The position numbers and the translations under genes are program-made. DNA of 64,000 nucleotides, taken from Candidatus Hodarchaeota archaeon (GTDB taxonomy: Archaea; Asgardarchaeota; Lokiarchaeia; Sigyniarchaeales; SOKP01). Within the stretch, counting starts at the first letter, position 1. Each line of letters opens with the position of its first letter. Under the pieces are notes generated by a model, which did not search any database, was not told the DNA's origin, and was given only the letters and a program-made list of their open reading frames with translations. This document shows, in pieces, positions 59,108 to 64,000 of this stretch. Location: the NCBI GenBank assembly GCA_048886685.1, contig JBHLKM010000006.1:1-64000 (forward strand). The letters run 5' to 3'.

Positions 59108-60658
59108 TTAAGAGTTAAAAATTTTACCCGTCTTTGCTTCCTCCTCTTCGCGTAGAGGTTGTTTCATTATTTTTCCTGTAGGCGTCGTTTGTAAGTTGGC
59201 TCTAAATTCCACATATTTAGGGATTTTAAAATCTGCTAAATTCATTTTGCAGTAATCAACTATTTCTTCAGCAGTAATCGATTCACCTTCTTTTAATACA
59301 ATAAAAGCTTTAGGAAGTTCTCCATATATCTCATCGCGTACACCAATAACAGTAGCTAAGGAGACTGCTGGGTGCGAATAGAGTACTTCTTCGATTTCCC
59401 TTGGATAAATATTTTCACCACCTCGAATTATCATATCTTTTTTGCGATCTGTTATAAAGAAAAAGCCATCCTCATCCATGTGACCAATATCTCCTGTATA
59501 TAGCCATCCATCTTTAAGTGTTTCAGCATTTGCCTCTGGATTTTTAAAATATTCTTTCATTACGTTATCTCCTTTAACAACAATCTCACCTTTGGTGTTT
59601 GGAGGGACATCTCTACCATTTTCATCGACAATTTTCATTTTGTTGCCAGGTAAGGGTATACCAATACTTCCCACCTTACGTCTATCTTCTGTTTCTGTGG
59701 GCAATGGATTTACCGAAGAGGCACAGGTTCCTTCTGTGAGACCATAACCTTCAACAATTTTACAGTTAAAAGTCTTTTCAAATTCCCTAAATACCTCTAC
59801 AGGTAAGGGAGCTGCTCCGCAAATTACAAATTTTAAGGAAGAAAGATCCAGATTTTCATGTGGCATTCGAAGCAAGATTGAAAGTACCGTTGGGACAGCA
59901 CTGAAGGTTGAGGCTTTATATTTTGCTACTGTTTCCCAATGAGTTTGAGCTGAAAATCCAGGTGTAAGAATACAACTAGCACCTATCGAAAGAGGTGCCA
60001 TAACAGTTACAATTTGTGCATTGACATGGAATAATGGTAAAATAAGCATAAATCGAAAATCTTCTCTTGCTTGTAAGAATTCTTGTATCATTTCTGCATT
60101 CCGACGTATATTAAAATGAGTCTGTAATACGCCCTTTGGGAAACCTGTTGTACCTGAAGTGTAAAGTATTGCGGCAACATCTGACTTTTCTTTAATTTCT
60201 ACCTTAGGGGGTTCTTCAGCTGAAGTCTTGTCCATTAATTCCCAGAAATTAAGTGTATTTTCTACCGGTTCTCCAACAACTATCACATATTTTAAATTGG
60301 GAAGATCGCCTTTTATTTCACTAACTATATCCATGAATTGTGGTACTGTGATTATAGCTTTGGCTTCTGAATGACCAACAACAAATTTAACTTCTCGAGT
60401 TTTAAACAGAGCATTTACAGGACCGGTAACCGCCCCTAATTTAGGAATCCCTAAATATAAATATACATATTCAGGCATATTAGGTAGATAAACACTGACC
60501 TTTTCTCCCTTTCTTATTCCCAATTCGTAAAGCATATTTGCTACTTTGTTAGTAAGTTCATTTAGTTCTTGATAAGAAACTGTAATATCCTTCCAATACA
60601 AAAATATTCTATCTTTATATTTTTCAGCTTGTTTTTCCACTAATTCTCTTAAATTCAT
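59108..60658 (-). CDS. Long-chain-fatty-acid--CoA ligase (AMP-binding family)
   Basis: YTSGTTGFPKG, EGYGLTE, TGD, DRKKDMIIRGGENIYPREIE, TGKI. Confidence 0.93.
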   Translation of the reverse strand: MNLRELVEKQAEKYKDRIFLYWKDITVSYQELNELTNKVANMLYELGIRKGEKVSVYLPNMPEYVYLYLGIPKLGAVTGPVNALFKTREVKFVVGHSEAKAIITVPQFMDIVSEIKGDLPNLKYVIVVGEPVENTLNFWELMDKTSAEEPPKVEIKEKSDVAAILYTSGTTGFPKGVLQTHFNIRRNAEMIQEFLQAREDFRFMLILPLFHVNAQIVTVMAPLSIGASCILTPGFSAQTHWETVAKYKASTFSAVPTVLSILLRMPHENLDLSSLKFVICGAAPLPVEVFREFEKTFNCKIVEGYGLTEGTCASSVNPLPTETEDRRKVGSIGIPLPGNKMKIVDENGRDVPPNTKGEIVVKGDNVMKEYFKNPEANAETLKDGWLYTGDIGHMDEDGFFFITDRKKDMIIRGGENIYPREIEEVLYSHPAVSLATVIGVRDEIYGELPKAFIVLKEGESITAEEIVDYCKMNLADFKIPKYVEFRANLQTTPTGKIMKQPLREEEEAKTGKIFNS

Positions 60659-60801
60659 TTAGATTTCCTCTTATATTATACAATAAAAATAGATATCCTC
60701 CTAATTAAAATTTATTTCAAAGGAATTCTATAATCTAAACCAATAATTTTTATATTGGTTAAAGAGTTTTTATTCTTATCTTTTTTTCAAAACTCAATTA
60801 A

Positions 60802-61128
60802 ATGATTGAAAAAATAATAAGTGGGATAATTTTGAGAGCACGGAAGCCGTTCTTAATTTTTTGGCCACAATATTTTGATGCAAAGAGAAGCCGTTCAAAA
60901 GGGAGAAGGTTACCCCTTAAATTTGCTATAGATAGAGTTTCTCTAAACGATATCGCTAAAGCAGCAGGTAATCTGGGGTATCAAGCTGAAATTGAAAGGC
61001 ATTATAAGTATTCTAGAACATGGTGGGATGATCCTGGAAGAGTAGTAATTGATGCTAAAGGAAAAAAGAAATCCAAAGTAATGCTTGAAGTTGCAAAGGA
61101 AATAAGAAAATTACATTCAAAAAATTAG
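60802..61128 (+). CDS. srp19: Signal recognition particle protein SRP19 (start may be TTG at 60832)
   Basis: IFWPQYFDAKRSRSKGRR, YSRTWW..PGRV, KSKVM..VA. Confidence 0.92.
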   Translation: MIEKIISGIILRARKPFLIFWPQYFDAKRSRSKGRRLPLKFAIDRVSLNDIAKAAGNLGYQAEIERHYKYSRTWWDDPGRVVIDAKGKKKSKVMLEVAKEIRKLHSKN

Positions 61129-61138
61129 ACGATAAAAC

Positions 61139-61510
61139 ATGCATGAATTTTCATTTGCGTATAATATTTTTAAGGTGGCCGAAGCTACTGCTCTAAAATA
61201 TAACGCTAAAAAAATAACAGAAGTAATTCTTGAAATTGGAGAATTAACTCTTATTGTACCAGAACTTCTCCAACGCTCCTTTGATATGGCCACAGCTGGT
61301 TCAATTGCAGAAGGTGCAAAACTTATAATTAAAATGCTTCCTGGAAAAATAAAATGTCGAGATTGTAATAAAAATTCAGAGGTTACCTTAACCAAGGACG
61401 CACAATTAACCGGACTACAATTATTTCAATGTTCCCATTGCCATAGTAATAATACTGAGATTATCGAAGGGAAAAAAGCAAACGTGAAAAACATTAAAAT
61501 TCAAGAATAA
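61139..61510 (+). CDS. hypA: Hydrogenase maturation nickel metallochaperone HypA
   Basis: MHE N-terminus, IGEL, CRDC...CSHC. Confidence 0.92.
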   Translation: MHEFSFAYNIFKVAEATALKYNAKKITEVILEIGELTLIVPELLQRSFDMATAGSIAEGAKLIIKMLPGKIKCRDCNKNSEVTLTKDAQLTGLQLFQCSHCHSNNTEIIEGKKANVKNIKIQE

Positions 61511-61539
61511 GTCTTAGTGGGTTTATCACTCACTTGGAA

Positions 61540-61923
61540 TTAGCTTGCAATCAAAATCCCGTTAAGTGTTCCATGCTGCCCTGGACGAGATGTGATTTTT
61601 GCATTGCCTAACTCTGTCTCAACAATCGCTCCTTTCGTCAAAATGTGTCTTCTATTTAAATCTTTTGAGGCGGCATTACTTTCAAATCCTATAATCCTAA
61701 CCTTTGAGGTTTTATTTGTACTAGGGTCAGTTACATTAATAAACATAGTAGAAAATAACTTGAGTTTAGTGTTTCCACCTAAAACACGTTGTTTTTTAAT
61801 TTTATAATTACCAATTTCTGTATCTATCGTAGGGCGAGCAAGTTCTCTTTTCCTTTTCTTTCTAAAATGTTTATATTTTTTACCTGTGTATTTTCTTCTG
61901 CTACGAGCTTGACTTCTTGCCAT
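61540..61923 (-). CDS. rps8e: 30S ribosomal protein S8e
   Basis: RSRRKYTG, KRKRELAR, RVLGGN.K, ILTKGAIVET, TSRPGQHG. Confidence 0.96.
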   Translation of the reverse strand: MARSQARSRRKYTGKKYKHFRKKRKRELARPTIDTEIGNYKIKKQRVLGGNTKLKLFSTMFINVTDPSTNKTSKVRIIGFESNAASKDLNRRHILTKGAIVETELGNAKITSRPGQHGTLNGILIAS

Positions 61924-62104
61924 TTTATATTAACCAAAGAGAATATTAGAGTATATTATTGATAAGAAAGGATATCTTTAAAATTTTTTTAAAAAGCGAA
62001 CTAAATTATGTTTTATTAAAGAAAAATAAATATAGAAATAATTTTTATTTAACATAATATATCAATCAAAAGTTATTGATTATAAAGAGGTAATTTACAG
62101 TAAA

Positions 62105-62746
62105 ATGATGAAAGATAATTTAAACCAACGCATTTACGATGAGAAAGCACTTGAAAAAGCTATAAAATCAGGTACTACCACTGTTGGATTAATTGTTAAG
62201 GATGGTGTAGTAATTGGGACCGAATCACAAGCAAGTGCTGGGACTTTTGTGGCATCTAAACAAGCTCAGAAGCTATTTCAAATTAATGATTTCACAGCAG
62301 CAACCATCGCCGGGGGAGTAGCCGATTGTGTTTACGTAATTAACCAATTAAAAGCTTTATCTCGTTTGAAAGAAGTAGAAGAAGGTATCGTTCCAGAACC
62401 TAAATACATTGCAAGTATTACTCGAAATATTCTCTTCTCAGGAAGGGGTTTTTTCATTAGTATGATGATCGTAGGGGGTTATTCAGAGGTAGAAAAATCT
62501 GGTAAACTTTATGGTATTGATATGTTAGGAACTTTGTATGAAGAGGAAAGCTTCCTTTCGTTTGGTTCAGGTTCACCATTCTCATTAGGTGTTTTAGAAG
62601 CAGATTGGACACCAAATATGACAAAATCAGCAGGACTAGATTTGATAAAAACGGCAATCTCAAGCGCTCGAGAAAGAGATGCTGGTTCAGGATTTAGCTT
62701 ACAAATTTGCACGATTGATAAAGATGGTTTCAAACGAATTGAATAA
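62105..62746 (+). CDS. psmB: Proteasome subunit beta
   Basis: Propeptide then SG/TTTVGL, AGGVAD, GSGSPF.LGVLE, RD..SG. Confidence 0.95.
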   Translation: MMKDNLNQRIYDEKALEKAIKSGTTTVGLIVKDGVVIGTESQASAGTFVASKQAQKLFQINDFTAATIAGGVADCVYVINQLKALSRLKEVEEGIVPEPKYIASITRNILFSGRGFFISMMIVGGYSEVEKSGKLYGIDMLGTLYEEESFLSFGSGSPFSLGVLEADWTPNMTKSAGLDLIKTAISSARERDAGSGFSLQICTIDKDGFKRIE

Positions 62747-62784
62747 ATTCTACTCCATTCTTTTTCTCTGAATTGTATTTAAAA

Positions 62785-64000
62785 TTAGGATACTTTATTA
62801 TGCTTTTTCTTAATTATTAGAGATATAAACAAGATAATAAATATCGTCAGTAAGCACACAGGATATCCTGGAATAAAACCACCTCCGTTTCCTTCTTCTG
62901 GGATTGCAAGACCCCCATCTAGAATAGTCCAAGAAAAGTTAGTAATGATAAATTGTCTTGCATCCACAGCTGCGCTACTGTACTGGGAATTACCTGCATG
63001 AAAGGTTACACCGGTTTGCAAGGTTAATTGCGACCAGCCTAATAATAAATTATCATAATTAGGCGTTGATAATGTAACACCATCGAACATATCATTCATG
63101 TTTCCGACGCTCGAGACATCCCAACTACCAATGGGCTGGTTGAATGAAGAAGTCCTATTGAACATAAACCTCATGTCTATAACGCTCGAGACATCCCAAC
63201 TACCGATGGGCTGGTTGAATAAAGATGCCCTCTCGAACATACCACCCATGTATGTCACGCTCGAGACATCCCAGCTGCCGATGGGCTGGTTGAATGAAGA
63301 CGCCCTGCAGAACATATAACCCATGTCTGTGACGCTTGAGACATCCCAACTGCCGATGGGCTGGTTGAATGAAGACGCCCCACTGAACATATATTTCATG
63401 TCTGTGACACTCGAGACATTCCAGCTACCGATGGGCTGGTTGAATGAAGACGCCTCGAAGAACATACCACCCATGTTTGTGACGCTCGAGACATCCCAGC
63501 TGTCGATGGGCTGGTTGAATGAAGACACCCCCCCGAACATACTATACATGTTTGTCACGCTCGAGACATCCCATCCGTCCATGTTACCGCTATTACCAAG
63601 ATTATAGCAATTTCTAAAAGCCCCATATAAATTGCTCGTTCCCGTTAAATTCAAATTATCGGTAGCCGTGAGTTCTAAATTGGAGCACCCAGAAAAATAA
63701 CTCCAAAATTCTCCTAATCGTAAGCACCCCCATTGTTGGATTTCAAGGATCTTCAATCGATCTCCCCAATCATCAAAACACCAACCAATAATCTTTCCTG
63801 TGATCTTAATTGCGTACACTCCCTCGGAAAGATAATTGTGTGTAACCTCAACTTGATTCCAAATTGTGATCGTGTCATTGCTCTCGTCGCCCCAATCCAC
63901 AATGAAATTATAATCTCCACCCGATAGCAGTGGCAAGGTCACTTGATTATTAAGACTAGAACCAGAGCTTGTCTTGGTTGTATCCCAAACTGAGATAAAA
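62785..64000 (-). CDS. BspA-type DUF285 leucine-rich-repeat surface protein with IPGY-TM (Loki-CTERM-like) tail; 5' end beyond the window
   Basis: Frame open to the window edge (FISVWDTTKTSSGSSLNNQVTLPL); VDWGD; 25-aa repeats FNQPIGSWDVSSVT.M..MF; IPGY + TM + KKK. Confidence 0.92.
   Translation of the reverse strand, partial: FISVWDTTKTSSGSSLNNQVTLPLLSGGDYNFIVDWGDESNDTITIWNQVEVTHNYLSEGVYAIKITGKIIGWCFDDWGDRLKILEIQQWGCLRLGEFWSYFSGCSNLELTATDNLNLTGTSNLYGAFRNCYNLGNSGNMDGWDVSSVTNMYSMFGGVSSFNQPIDSWDVSSVTNMGGMFFEASSFNQPIGSWNVSSVTDMKYMFSGASSFNQPIGSWDVSSVTDMGYMFCRASSFNQPIGSWDVSSVTYMGGMFERASLFNQPIGSWDVSSVIDMRFMFNRTSSFNQPIGSWDVSSVGNMNDMFDGVTLSTPNYDNLLLGWSQLTLQTGVTFHAGNSQYSSAAVDARQFIITNFSWTILDGGLAIPEEGNGGGFIPGYPVCLLTIFIILFISLIIKKKHNKVS
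63100..63585 (-). repeat. 75-bp coding tandem repeat, about 7 units (DUF285)
   Basis: tcgagacatc core (or 1-nt variant) at 63111, 63186, 63261, 63336, 63411, 63486, 63561; exact 75-bp period. Confidence 0.95.

Noticed and set aside
63100-63585. CRISPR-like regular repeat
   Set aside because: The period is exactly 25 codons in an open DUF285 frame, the 'spacers' are homologous to each other, and there are no cas genes
18284-63927. Other short overlapping ORFs in the track (e.g. 28086, 37273, 43706, 49759, 61117, 63098, 63323)
   Set aside because: They lie antisense or out of frame within well-supported genes or a tRNA and have no motifs

Overview
AT-rich (roughly 30% GC by eye) archaeal chromosome segment, most consistent with an Asgard archaeon of the Lokiarchaeia/Promethearchaeota. 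Evidence: archaeal ThrRS and GluRS, RibK/RibL, SRP19, rpS8e, proteasome beta, an intron-containing tRNA, a Rab-like GTPase, longin-domain proteins and an IPGY-TM 'Loki-CTERM' tail. The first 15 kb holds two tandem giant type-I membrane proteins; the left one is missing from the ORF track because it runs off the window. Each has three DUF2341+LamG ectodomain modules, a long beta-rich stalk, one TM helix and a cytoplasmic longin/uDENN-like module, followed by tandem winged helices in the complete copy. The two distal LamG cores are unrelated between the paralogs while everything around them is highly conserved. This is the best candidate for an undescribed system: a variable-tip lectin receptor coupled to small-GTPase regulation. 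The remainder is housekeeping and metabolic genes with several oddities: a stand-alone NPRL2-like longin-wHTH protein, an orphan CheR-coiled-coil-CheD fusion lacking the CheD catalytic Cys, three genes apparently starting at ATC/ATA/ATT, tRNA-Pro(GGG) with a non-canonical 25/26 intron, a ThrRS with Asp at the Zn-ligand Cys position, an internally deleted acyl-CoA synthetase remnant, and a GC-rich 75-bp DUF285 repeat array. No transposase, integrase or CRISPR array was seen. All family assignments come from motif recognition, not database searches.
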